Below are positions 56,160 to 64,000 of a DNA stretch of 64,000 nucleotides, piece after piece; position 1 is the stretch's first letter, and every line of letters starts with the position of its first letter. This DNA comes from Syntrophomonadaceae bacterium (lineage in GTDB: Bacteria; Bacillota; Syntrophomonadia; Syntrophomonadales; Syntrophomonadaceae). The notes under the pieces were generated by a model, which saw only the letters and a list, made by a program, of their open reading frames with translations, ran no database searches and had not been told where the DNA came from. The translations under genes were made by a program, and so were the position numbers. The DNA lies in assembly GCA_012729495.1 (NCBI GenBank), contig JAAYCZ010000117.1:989-64988 (forward strand). Reading direction: 5' to 3'.

Positions 56160-57074
56160 ATGAATTTAAATCTTTTTAAAACCTACATTCGAGTGATTGA
56201 AACCCAAAATCTATCACGTACAGCCGAAGATTTCGGATTATCGCAGCCGGCCATTACCAAACAAATACAGGCGCTGGAAGACATGTATGGGGTTCTTTTG
56301 CTGGAAAGATCAGGCCGCAGACTTAAAATGACTGAAGCGGGTGAGACCCTTTACAATTATGCCCATGATTTGGTTCGGTGTATGGACAAAATGGACAAGG
56401 CTATGGAGGAAATTGCCGAAGACCGTAAAGGCAGTCTTTTTCTGGGTGCCAGTACCATTCCGGGTCAATATATAATTCCTGCGCTTATTAAGGAATTCAA
56501 AGAAGAACATCCGCATATCAGTATCAGTCTGGAGATAGCCGATACGGAGAGAATATTTAATAAAATTTGCGAGCGGGAACTGGATATCGGTATCGTTGGC
56601 GGTTGGACCAAGCAGCGTAAAGTTGAAGGGTTTCCCTGGCTGGAAGACGAATTGGTGGCGGTTGTACCACAAGATCATAAACTGGCCGATAAATCCAGCT
56701 GCTGTCTGGCGGATTTGCAGAATGAAAACTGGATATTTCGTGAAAAGGGCAGCGGTACCCGTAAAGCGGTGGAGGAACTAATGACTGCCCACAATTTGAA
56801 CCGGGATAATCTGAATATTTATATGGAGGCAGGCAGCACTGAGTCCGTCCTGGCGATGGTTGAAGCCGGGATGGGTATTTCCCTTGTCTCCCGCTGGGTC
56901 ATCCGCCCTGATAACTCGCAGACGAAATTGCACTACCTTAAACTGAATGAAGAAGAAGCCCGGCGTCTGTTTTATGTAATATTTCCCCGGCAAAAAGTGC
57001 GCCGCAAGTCAGTCAATTATTTTATTGATTATTTAAAAACAGAAACAGTCAGCCCTGCAACCAAAAGCGAATAA
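56160..57074 (+). CDS. LysR-family regulator (CysL/selenium-associated-like)
   Basis: LSQPAITKQIQALE HTH; GASTIPG.Y, REKGSGTR, STESV...VEAG.GIS. Confidence 0.88.
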   Translation: MNLNLFKTYIRVIETQNLSRTAEDFGLSQPAITKQIQALEDMYGVLLLERSGRRLKMTEAGETLYNYAHDLVRCMDKMDKAMEEIAEDRKGSLFLGASTIPGQYIIPALIKEFKEEHPHISISLEIADTERIFNKICERELDIGIVGGWTKQRKVEGFPWLEDELVAVVPQDHKLADKSSCCLADLQNENWIFREKGSGTRKAVEELMTAHNLNRDNLNIYMEAGSTESVLAMVEAGMGISLVSRWVIRPDNSQTKLHYLKLNEEEARRLFYVIFPRQKVRRKSVNYFIDYLKTETVSPATKSE

Positions 57075-57356
57075 GTACTTTTGTGCTCCGATAAATGGTT
57101 TATGTCTGCTGCAGATATAAACATGGGTATGAACGATTTGGAAGACCGTGCGATTCTGCATACATTAATGTATGTTTTATATGCGGTCTTTTTTGTGCTG
57201 ATTATATACCGGTCCAGGCGGACAGCGAATTTACGATCAGAAAAGCTATCAGACAAAATTGACTGGATATTTTTATTTCTTTTTAACAGGTCATTGTATA
57301 TAATTAGTCTGTTGTATGAAAATAACAATGATACGAATCTGGAGGTGTATTCAATC

Positions 57357-57815
57357 GTGTTACCGCTGCCAAGAAAATATTTTGTTACTGCAGGCTCATC
57401 TGAAGGTAATTCATCCTTGAACGCTTTTGACGGAGCATTATTAAATGCCCGCGTTGGCAATACTAATTTATTAAGAGTAAGCAGCATTTTGCCGCCTGGC
57501 TGTGAATACGAACCGGGCCTGGTTATCCCGCCAGGGTCGCTGCTGCCCATTGCTTACGGTTCCATTACCAGTTCCGAACCGGGCGATATTATCTCTGCTG
57601 CGGTTGGAGTCGGCATTAAAAAGGACAGCTTTGGTGTTATTATGGAGTTTTCCGGCAAATGCAGCAAAAAAGAGGCGGAGGAACAGGTTACCAGGATGTT
57701 GGAGGAAGCCTTTGTCATGCGGGGTCTGGAACTTGATGAAGTGAAAGTGGCGGCAGTCGAACATACCGTATTAAATATCGGCTGTGCCTTTGCTGCGGTT
57801 CCCCTTTGGTATTAG
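57357..57815 (+). CDS. pyruvoyl-dependent arginine decarboxylase
   Basis: LNAFDGALL.A.VGN.NL..VSSILPP self-cleavage site; GGAGG RBS before GTG 57357 (the ORF-track start is too far upstream). Confidence 0.88.
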   Translation: MLPLPRKYFVTAGSSEGNSSLNAFDGALLNARVGNTNLLRVSSILPPGCEYEPGLVIPPGSLLPIAYGSITSSEPGDIISAAVGVGIKKDSFGVIMEFSGKCSKKEAEEQVTRMLEEAFVMRGLELDEVKVAAVEHTVLNIGCAFAAVPLWY

Positions 57816-57847
57816 AAATCAGTTTATTGAATTGAGGAGGAAGTCGA

Positions 57848-58678
57848 TTGGAATTTTGGGTTACAGAGTATCAAACGCCCAATTTGGGTTTTAGCTGCAA
57901 GACCAGTGAAACACTCAGAGTAGAAAAAACACTCTTTCAGGATTTGGCGGTTGTTGTGACCGAGCAGTTTGGCAGAATGATGTTGCTGGATGGGATGGTT
58001 ATGACTACTGACAAAGATGAATTCGTATATCATGAGATGATCAGCATGGTCGCTTTGAATTCTCACCCCTGCCCCCGCAAGGTCTTGATTATCGGCGGCG
58101 GAGACGGAGGGGCGCTGCGAGAGGTATTGCGCCATCCCCAAGTAGAAAAAGGTGTTTTGGTGGAAATAGATGCACAGGTCATTCAGGCTGCCCGTGACTT
58201 TTTCCCGGCCTTGTCCTGCTCTTTTAACGATCCTAAAGCAGAAGTGATCGTTGATGACGGGATCAAATATATTAAGGATCATAAAAATGAGTTTGATGTT
58301 ATTCTTATCGATTCTACCGAACCGGTTGGCCCGGCGATTCAATTGTTTTCACCGGAATTCTATGCCAGTTGTTTTGCAGCTCTGAAAGAAGACGGCATGA
58401 TGGTAGCCCAGAGCGAATCCCCTTTTTTTAATCAGGATGTAATCCAGATGGTTTGGCGGGGCATTGGACAGGTATTCCCCATCACGGATCTTTATTTGGC
58501 CAACATTCCCACCTATCCCAGCGGATTGTGGAGCTTTACGGTTGGATCAAAGAAGTACAACCCCCGTGAAGTTGAAAAAGTTCCTGATTATTCATTTAAG
58601 TATTATAATTCTGCCGTACATAAAGCAGCCTTTGTTTTACCTGCTTTTGTACAGGATATAATCGGACAGGTCAAGTAG
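57848..58678 (+). CDS. speE: polyamine aminopropyltransferase (spermidine synthase)
   Basis: LDG.V.TT..DEF.YHE, IGGGDGG, VEID, DSTEP.GP, PTYPSG.W. Confidence 0.95.
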   Translation: MEFWVTEYQTPNLGFSCKTSETLRVEKTLFQDLAVVVTEQFGRMMLLDGMVMTTDKDEFVYHEMISMVALNSHPCPRKVLIIGGGDGGALREVLRHPQVEKGVLVEIDAQVIQAARDFFPALSCSFNDPKAEVIVDDGIKYIKDHKNEFDVILIDSTEPVGPAIQLFSPEFYASCFAALKEDGMMVAQSESPFFNQDVIQMVWRGIGQVFPITDLYLANIPTYPSGLWSFTVGSKKYNPREVEKVPDYSFKYYNSAVHKAAFVLPAFVQDIIGQVK

Positions 58679-58680
58679 CT

Positions 58681-59541
58681 ATGCAGAATTTAAAATGGTT
58701 GGAACGCAAAGCAATTTTTATGGGCAGTGCTGACAGTTTAGAGGAATCTGATCGGGTCATTATCGGCTTGCCGATGGATTCAACTACCAGTTTCCGTCCG
58801 GGAACCCGTATGGCCCCTTACCGCATCAGAGAAGTTTCCGAGGAAGTTGAAGAATACAGTATCTATCAGGATCGCTCCTTGGATGAAATCGCCTTTTATG
58901 ATGCCGGTGATGTGCAAATACCTTTTGGCAATGTAGAGCAGAGCTTGGCGCGGATGGAAGATACTGCCCGCCGTTTGTTGGCCAGGCGGAAAAAGATCTT
59001 TTCCATTGGTGGAGAGCATCTGGTTAGTCTGCCTATAATTAAGGCCTATAAGGAAATCTATCCTGATCTGGCGGTTATTCAAATGGATGCCCATGCTGAC
59101 CTGCGCGATAATTATCTGGGAGAACCATTGTCCCATGCCAGCGTTATGAACCACGTTCTGCGGCTGGTGGGGGATAAAAATTTATTTCAATTGGGAATAA
59201 GATCCGGGACGCGGGAAGAAATGCAATTGGCCAGACGCTGCAGCAACCTTTATCTGGATCAGTTCCTGACAGTGCTTCCGGAGGTCAAACAAAAAATTGG
59301 TCGCCGGCCTGTCTATTTAACCCTGGATATTGATGTGCTGGATCCGGCTTTTGCTCCCGGAACCGGCACTCCGGAAGCGGGAGGGGTATCATCCCGCGAT
59401 CTGATCACTGCTTTACTGGAAATGGCTTCATTAAATATTGTCGGCTTTGATATGGTGGAGATCTCACCGCCTTATGATATCGCTGACAATACCTCGATCC
59501 TTGGGGCAAAAATACTGCGCGAAGCACTGCTGGCCTATTAA
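58681..59541 (+). CDS. speB: agmatinase
   Basis: SFRPGTR, GGEH, DAHAD, SHAS, DIDVLDP..APGTGTPE.GG. Confidence 0.94.
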   Translation: MQNLKWLERKAIFMGSADSLEESDRVIIGLPMDSTTSFRPGTRMAPYRIREVSEEVEEYSIYQDRSLDEIAFYDAGDVQIPFGNVEQSLARMEDTARRLLARRKKIFSIGGEHLVSLPIIKAYKEIYPDLAVIQMDAHADLRDNYLGEPLSHASVMNHVLRLVGDKNLFQLGIRSGTREEMQLARRCSNLYLDQFLTVLPEVKQKIGRRPVYLTLDIDVLDPAFAPGTGTPEAGGVSSRDLITALLEMASLNIVGFDMVEISPPYDIADNTSILGAKILREALLAY

Positions 59542-59679
59542 AAAGTAAAAAAATAAGTTCGCCTTTAGTAATGACGGCGGGCTAGAGCATCAAAAAAAGT
59601 ATATGCTGCGTTACATAAAGAAAACCGGGCTTATGGCTAGCCGTATCCCCATGTTTACACCGCCTCATAATTGACAGGT

Positions 59680-59773
59680 CTGCCCAAAGGCGTGAAAAAG
59701 ACCGCCCCTGCAACGTACCAGAGTACGCAGATGGAGCGGTCTTTGCTTATAACGTAAAGATTAGTTTTGGCAG
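59680..59773. repeat. palindromic element of the same architecture as 42042-42166
   Basis: CTGCC..AAGGC-AAAGACCGC..CGTAC-caga-GTACG..GCGGTCTTT..AACGTA..GGCAG; possible inverted partial copy near 59590-59650 (GCTGCGTT). Confidence 0.55.
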
Positions 59774-59782
59774 TAAGGTTTT

Positions 59783-60322
59783 TTAGTAGTTTTCGGCTAG
59801 AACTTCGTAATAAGCACGCGGATGAGCGCAGGCCGGACATAATTCCGGGGGCTCGGTTCCTTCATGAATATACCCGCAGTTGCGGCATTTCCATTTAACC
59901 GGAGCAGGTTTTTTGAAAACGGTATTGCTTTTAATATTTTCCAGCAGCTTCAGAAAACGCTTTTCATGAGCTTCTTCAACTTCACCAATTTCTCTAAAAA
60001 CATCCGCGATTTCATCAAAGCCCTCTTCACGGGCGATTCTTTCCATTTCAGGATACATACTGGTATATTCTTCGTTTTCGCCGCTGGCGGCTGCGGCTAG
60101 ATTCTCATCTGTAGATTTGATCGCTCCGCCGACAACAAACTTGTATAGCCGTTTGGCATGTTCCTTTTCATTTTCAGCGGTTTCTTCAAAAATTCCTGCA
60201 ATCTGTTCATAGCCTTCTTTTTTTGCCTGGCTGGCCCAGAATGTATATTTGTTTCTGGCCTGTGATTCACCTGCAAATGCCTTCAACAGATTTTCTTCGG
60301 TTTTAGATCCTTTCAAATTCAT
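59783..60322 (-). CDS. rbr: rubrerythrin
   Basis: GESQARNKY, NEKEHA, E..E...MYP, E..HE, CRNCG..CPAC.HP; AAGGAGG RBS before ATG 60322. Confidence 0.94.
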   Translation of the reverse strand: MNLKGSKTEENLLKAFAGESQARNKYTFWASQAKKEGYEQIAGIFEETAENEKEHAKRLYKFVVGGAIKSTDENLAAAASGENEEYTSMYPEMERIAREEGFDEIADVFREIGEVEEAHEKRFLKLLENIKSNTVFKKPAPVKWKCRNCGYIHEGTEPPELCPACAHPRAYYEVLAENY

Positions 60323-60367
60323 TAATGTTGCCTCCTTCATAAATTATTTTGTTATTTTCAATTGGGT

Positions 60368-60811
60368 TTAGTAACGCACCAGATTGGACGGATAAACATA
60401 AACCAGATCGGAACCGGAATAGCGTCTGACAATCATCAGTCTCCCCAATAAATGGATTATTTTCTCGATTTCATCCTCATAGCTTTCCTTGTCAAGACAG
60501 GCATCCAGATTAATTTGAAAAACCGTTACCGGTATTTCAGTCCAGTTCAGGAGTCTTAATTCCTCCAAACCTTCCTCCAGAAATTCCAACTCTGTAACCG
60601 GAAGGGAAAAGGGGGCTTCGGCCTTGCTTTTAATATGTGTTTCCAGCAATTTGATAAAATTATCAAGCTTGGCTTCTTTTTCAGGGGTAATGACATACTG
60701 AAACAAAATATCATAGAGATTCTGGGTTAAAACGATTGAACTGGCAAGGGGAAGCATGAGATGCTGTTCCTGTCTGATAAAGTTAAGCTGAAAATTTATC
60801 GGTATTTGCAT
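60368..60811 (-). CDS. hypothetical protein
   Basis: 147-aa ORF with AAGGAG RBS, upstream of and co-oriented with rubrerythrin; no recognised motif. Confidence 0.7.
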   Translation of the reverse strand: MQIPINFQLNFIRQEQHLMLPLASSIVLTQNLYDILFQYVITPEKEAKLDNFIKLLETHIKSKAEAPFSLPVTELEFLEEGLEELRLLNWTEIPVTVFQINLDACLDKESYEDEIEKIIHLLGRLMIVRRYSGSDLVYVYPSNLVRY

Positions 60812-61071
60812 GGTGAATTATTCTCCTTTACTCTGTGTCTTTTGTTATAGATTAGCGAAAAAATGTATTCATTACAACCGCTAAATAACTACGTGGTCTA
60901 AAATTATCCGAAAATATTAGGCTAAAATGACGACTGGAATCATCAATATTAAAACTATTATTCCTAAAACAACAGGAACTGAACCGCCGGCCTTGTATTT
61001 TCCTGCACTTGCTTTTATATCCCCGGTCATTATGCTAAAATATATGAGAATATGGTTAGGTAGGTAAACTA

Positions 61072-61728
61072 ATGCAAATTGCAATCGATGGTCCTGCAGG
61101 CGCAGGCAAGAGTACGGTGGCACGTCTTATTGCTGAAAGGCTGGGCTTTATCTATATCGATACCGGAGCCATGTACCGGGCTTTGACCTGGAAGGCACTG
61201 GCGTGTGAAATTGATTTGCAGGACGAAGAAAAACTTTATGAACTGGCTCGCAGCACCGATATATATTTTGCCAAACTGGCAGACCAGCAAAAAGTGATTT
61301 GTGATGGTATTGATGTCAGCGAAGCAATCCGCAGTCCGCTGATCAATGCACATGTTTCGGTTGTTGCGGCTCAGCCCCGGGTAAGGAATGTCATGGTTAA
61401 AAAACAACAAGATATGGCCTGCAGGGCCAATGTAGTCATGGATGGCCGGGATATCGGGGAACAGGTCTTGCCGGAGGCTGATTTTAAATTTTATATTACT
61501 GCATCACTTGATGAGAGAGCCCGCCGCCGTATTCTGGAAATGGAAAAGCAAGGCTTTGCCATTGATGAAAAAAGCGTCCGCCAGCAGATTGAGAAACGCG
61601 ATCGTATGGATCAGGAAAGGGAACTGGGAGCATTGAAAATTTTGGATGATGCCATTGTGATTGATACCAGTTCGTTAAGTATTGATGAAGTATTAAACCG
61701 TATGCTGGCGGTTATCGGGGAGACATAG
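61072..61728 (+). CDS. cmk: cytidylate kinase
   Basis: IAIDGPAGAGKST, DTGAMYRA, DGRDIG, RD..D. Confidence 0.95.
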   Translation: MQIAIDGPAGAGKSTVARLIAERLGFIYIDTGAMYRALTWKALACEIDLQDEEKLYELARSTDIYFAKLADQQKVICDGIDVSEAIRSPLINAHVSVVAAQPRVRNVMVKKQQDMACRANVVMDGRDIGEQVLPEADFKFYITASLDERARRRILEMEKQGFAIDEKSVRQQIEKRDRMDQERELGALKILDDAIVIDTSSLSIDEVLNRMLAVIGET

Positions 61729-61729
61729 A

Positions 61730-62323
61730 ATGCTCTACAACACTGCACGAGCAGTTCTAAGATTCTTTTTTCTGATTATGGGTTTGAAAGTCGAAGGATT
61801 TAGAAATATCCCCCGCAGCGGAGCCGTCATTGTGGCTCCCAATCATTTGAGTTATCTGGATCCTTTATTGGTGGCGGTGGCAATTGATCGCCCGATACAT
61901 TTTATGGCCAAGGCAGAGTTATTTAATAATAAAATATTGGGCAAATTACTGACCAAGGTTTATGCTTTCCCGGTAAAAAGAGGCAATGCTGACCGCCATG
62001 CCATCAGACATGCACTGCAGTTGATGGAAGAAGGCAAGGTATTGGGAATATTCCCAGAAGGTACCCGCAAAAGACCTGGTCGGGTAGAGCACACCCAGGC
62101 TGGAGCAGCCATGATTGCGCTGCGATCCGGGGCACCGATACTGCCGGTTGCCTGCATCGGCAGTGACAGAAGTTTTCCCTGCGGCTGGCTGTGGCCGCTG
62201 ATAATCAGAATCGGTGAACCAATTTCCATGCTTGATTACCAGGGTCAGAAGATAAACTCTGAAACCATGGAAAAACTGAGCAATGAAATAACTGATAAAA
62301 TTAATGCTCTTTTAAGCAAATAA
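61730..62323 (+). CDS. plsC: 1-acyl-sn-glycerol-3-phosphate acyltransferase
   Basis: NHLSYLD, FMAK.EL, FPEGTR. Confidence 0.92.
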   Translation: MLYNTARAVLRFFFLIMGLKVEGFRNIPRSGAVIVAPNHLSYLDPLLVAVAIDRPIHFMAKAELFNNKILGKLLTKVYAFPVKRGNADRHAIRHALQLMEEGKVLGIFPEGTRKRPGRVEHTQAGAAMIALRSGAPILPVACIGSDRSFPCGWLWPLIIRIGEPISMLDYQGQKINSETMEKLSNEITDKINALLSK

Positions 62324-62377
62324 AGCAGGAATTAACATGTTTGCTGCGAAATTATATGAATAGACGAGGTGTATCGA

Positions 62378-64000
62378 TTGCAGCTTATTATAGCTGATGA
62401 AGCCGGGTTTTGTACCGGGGTCAGAAGAGCTTTTCACATCAGCGAGGAAATGGCTAATTCAGAGGGAAAATGGTTTACTCTGGGGCCGCTGGTGCATAAT
62501 AAAGCTGTAGTTGATTATTTTAGTCAAAATGGAATTGAACCGCTTGAAGACATTAATAACCTGGCCGGTGATGGCATAATAATCAGATCACATGGAGTCA
62601 GTCCGCAGGCAATGGCGGTAATCCAGGAAAAAGGATTGATGATCAGAGATGCAACCTGTCCTCTGGTCAAAAAAGTTCATGAAGCCGCCAGGCTGTTACA
62701 AAGCGAAGGTTATGATATTATAGTATTTGGTGATATTCATCATCCTGAGGTTCAGGGTATAATGGGATGGTGTAATCATAAAGCCCAAGTCATTACCAGC
62801 ATTGATGAAGTGCAAAGCCAAAAAAAATTTAAAAAATTAGGGATTATTTCGCAGACAACCCGTAATGAAAATGAATTTTTGGCAGTGGTAGAAGCGCTTT
62901 TACCGAGAGCACAAGAAATTCGCGTATTTAATACCATTTGTTCAGCCACCCGAAAAAGACAAGAGGCAGCCAGATTATTAAGCGCGGAAGTCGATTGTAT
63001 GCTGGTAATTGGAGATAGAAATAGTTCCAACACCAAAACTTTGGCACAGGAGTGCCAGAACACCGGAGTTGCCACCCACGTTATTGAATCTGCGCAGGAT
63101 CTTAATCCGGAATGGTTCAAAGCAGGTGATAAAGTCGGTGTTTCAGCGGGAGCTTCTACTCCGGATTGGATAATTAAGGAGGTATTAGATAGGATGACGC
63201 AGTTTGATGACGGCGCTCCGCAGGAGCAAATTATTCAGGAAACCCAGATGGAAACCAATGCACCCCGGGAGAACGACACCAGCGAAGAAAATTTTGCTAA
63301 AATGGAGGCGGAAATGGCTGATATCGTCAGCCCCAGCCGTGGCGACATCATTAAGGGCATTGTGGTTGAAGTACACGATGATGACGTAATGGTGGATGTT
63401 GGCGGCAAATCTGAAGGAATCATTCCCTTAAGAGAAATGTCGGTAAAAGATGTAAGTTCAGCCAAGCTTCTGGCTACCGTCGGTGAAGAGATCGAAGTAC
63501 TGGTGCTTAAATGGGATGACGACGGGACGATATTGCTGTCCAAAAAGAAAGTTGATTCCAAAAGAGCCATGGATAAACTGGAGGAGACCTTTAATGAAGG
63601 CGGCATAGTTGAGGGTACGATTACTTCAAGTGTAAAGGGCGGCCTGCTGGTTGATGTCGGGGTAATAGCCTTTTTGCCTGCTTCGCATGTTGAAGATGGT
63701 TATGTCAAAAACCTTGATGAATATATTGGCAAAACATACTCGTTTAAAATTATCGAGTTTAACCGTAATAAAAAACGGGGTTCTCAAATTGTTTTATCCC
63801 GGAAACAACTGGTTGAAGCCGAAAAATCCAAACTGAAAGAACAGTTCTGGGCAACTATCGAAGAAGGCCAGGTATTGAAGGGCAGAATAAAACGTCTGGT
63901 AGATTACGGTGCTTTCATTGATTTAGGTGGTTTTGAGGGTTTGCTGCATGTTTCCGAAATAGATCATGTGCGTGTCGAACATCCTTCTGCGGTATTTAAT
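62378..64000 (+). CDS. ispH: IspH-ribosomal protein S1 fusion (3' end outside window; not in ORF track)
   Basis: TTG at 62378: AGFC.GV.RA, LVHN, IRSHG, DATCP.V, HPEV, SQTT, NTIC.AT, SSNT, AGASTP, then in frame S1 repeats (VDVGGKSEG, VKGGLLVD, DYGAFIDLGG.EGLLH.SE). Confidence 0.92.
   Translation, partial: MQLIIADEAGFCTGVRRAFHISEEMANSEGKWFTLGPLVHNKAVVDYFSQNGIEPLEDINNLAGDGIIIRSHGVSPQAMAVIQEKGLMIRDATCPLVKKVHEAARLLQSEGYDIIVFGDIHHPEVQGIMGWCNHKAQVITSIDEVQSQKKFKKLGIISQTTRNENEFLAVVEALLPRAQEIRVFNTICSATRKRQEAARLLSAEVDCMLVIGDRNSSNTKTLAQECQNTGVATHVIESAQDLNPEWFKAGDKVGVSAGASTPDWIIKEVLDRMTQFDDGAPQEQIIQETQMETNAPRENDTSEENFAKMEAEMADIVSPSRGDIIKGIVVEVHDDDVMVDVGGKSEGIIPLREMSVKDVSSAKLLATVGEEIEVLVLKWDDDGTILLSKKKVDSKRAMDKLEETFNEGGIVEGTITSSVKGGLLVDVGVIAFLPASHVEDGYVKNLDEYIGKTYSFKIIEFNRNKKRGSQIVLSRKQLVEAEKSKLKEQFWATIEEGQVLKGRIKRLVDYGAFIDLGGFEGLLHVSEIDHVRVEHPSAVFN

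Noticed and set aside
57081-57356. 92-aa N-terminal extension of the arginine decarboxylase in the ORF track
   Set aside because: The region holds a terminator-like hairpin and promoter-like sequence; the GGAGG RBS points to GTG 57357
59655-59840. 61-aa minus-strand ORF downstream of rubrerythrin
   Set aside because: It overlaps the rbr 3' end and a palindromic repeat and has no RBS
60917-61030. 37-aa hydrophobic minus-strand peptide MTGDIK...VVILA
   Set aside because: No RBS and it overlaps the likely cmk promoter; it cannot be supported, though not fully excluded

Overview
A mostly syntenic chromosomal segment from an anaerobic, spore-gene-bearing Firmicute. Gene content (thiolase plus acyl-CoA dehydrogenase, pta-ackA, FdhD, MobB) resembles Syntrophomonadaceae, but that taxonomy is inference. 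Housekeeping blocks are hslO, rpmB-asp23-fakA-recG, SASP-gpr-rsmD-ylbJKM, pta-ackA, yceD-rpmF-plsX-acpP-rnc-smc-ftsY and cmk-plsC-ispH/rpsA (runs off the end). Also present are an MTA/5'-deoxyadenosine salvage cluster, polyamine genes, a minimal SufCB-like Fe-S pair and RNase P RNA. The strongest functional signal is a three-gene NuoE/NuoF/GltD-Mo-domain operon matching the Sporomusa-type electron-bifurcating transhydrogenase (StnABC) architecture, with a Rex-like box upstream. The intergenic DNA holds several things the ORF track misses: a CsfG-like sRNA, a 6S-like RNA, a perfect parS site, an IS3 remnant, at least three families of short palindromic MITE/REP-like elements (one flanked by a 24-bp duplicated terminator), two small ORFs, recurrent SigH-type promoters and an internal ribosome-binding site in the ispH-rpsA fusion. 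No CRISPR array, tRNA or rRNA was seen. All calls come from reading motifs by eye; no database search was run.
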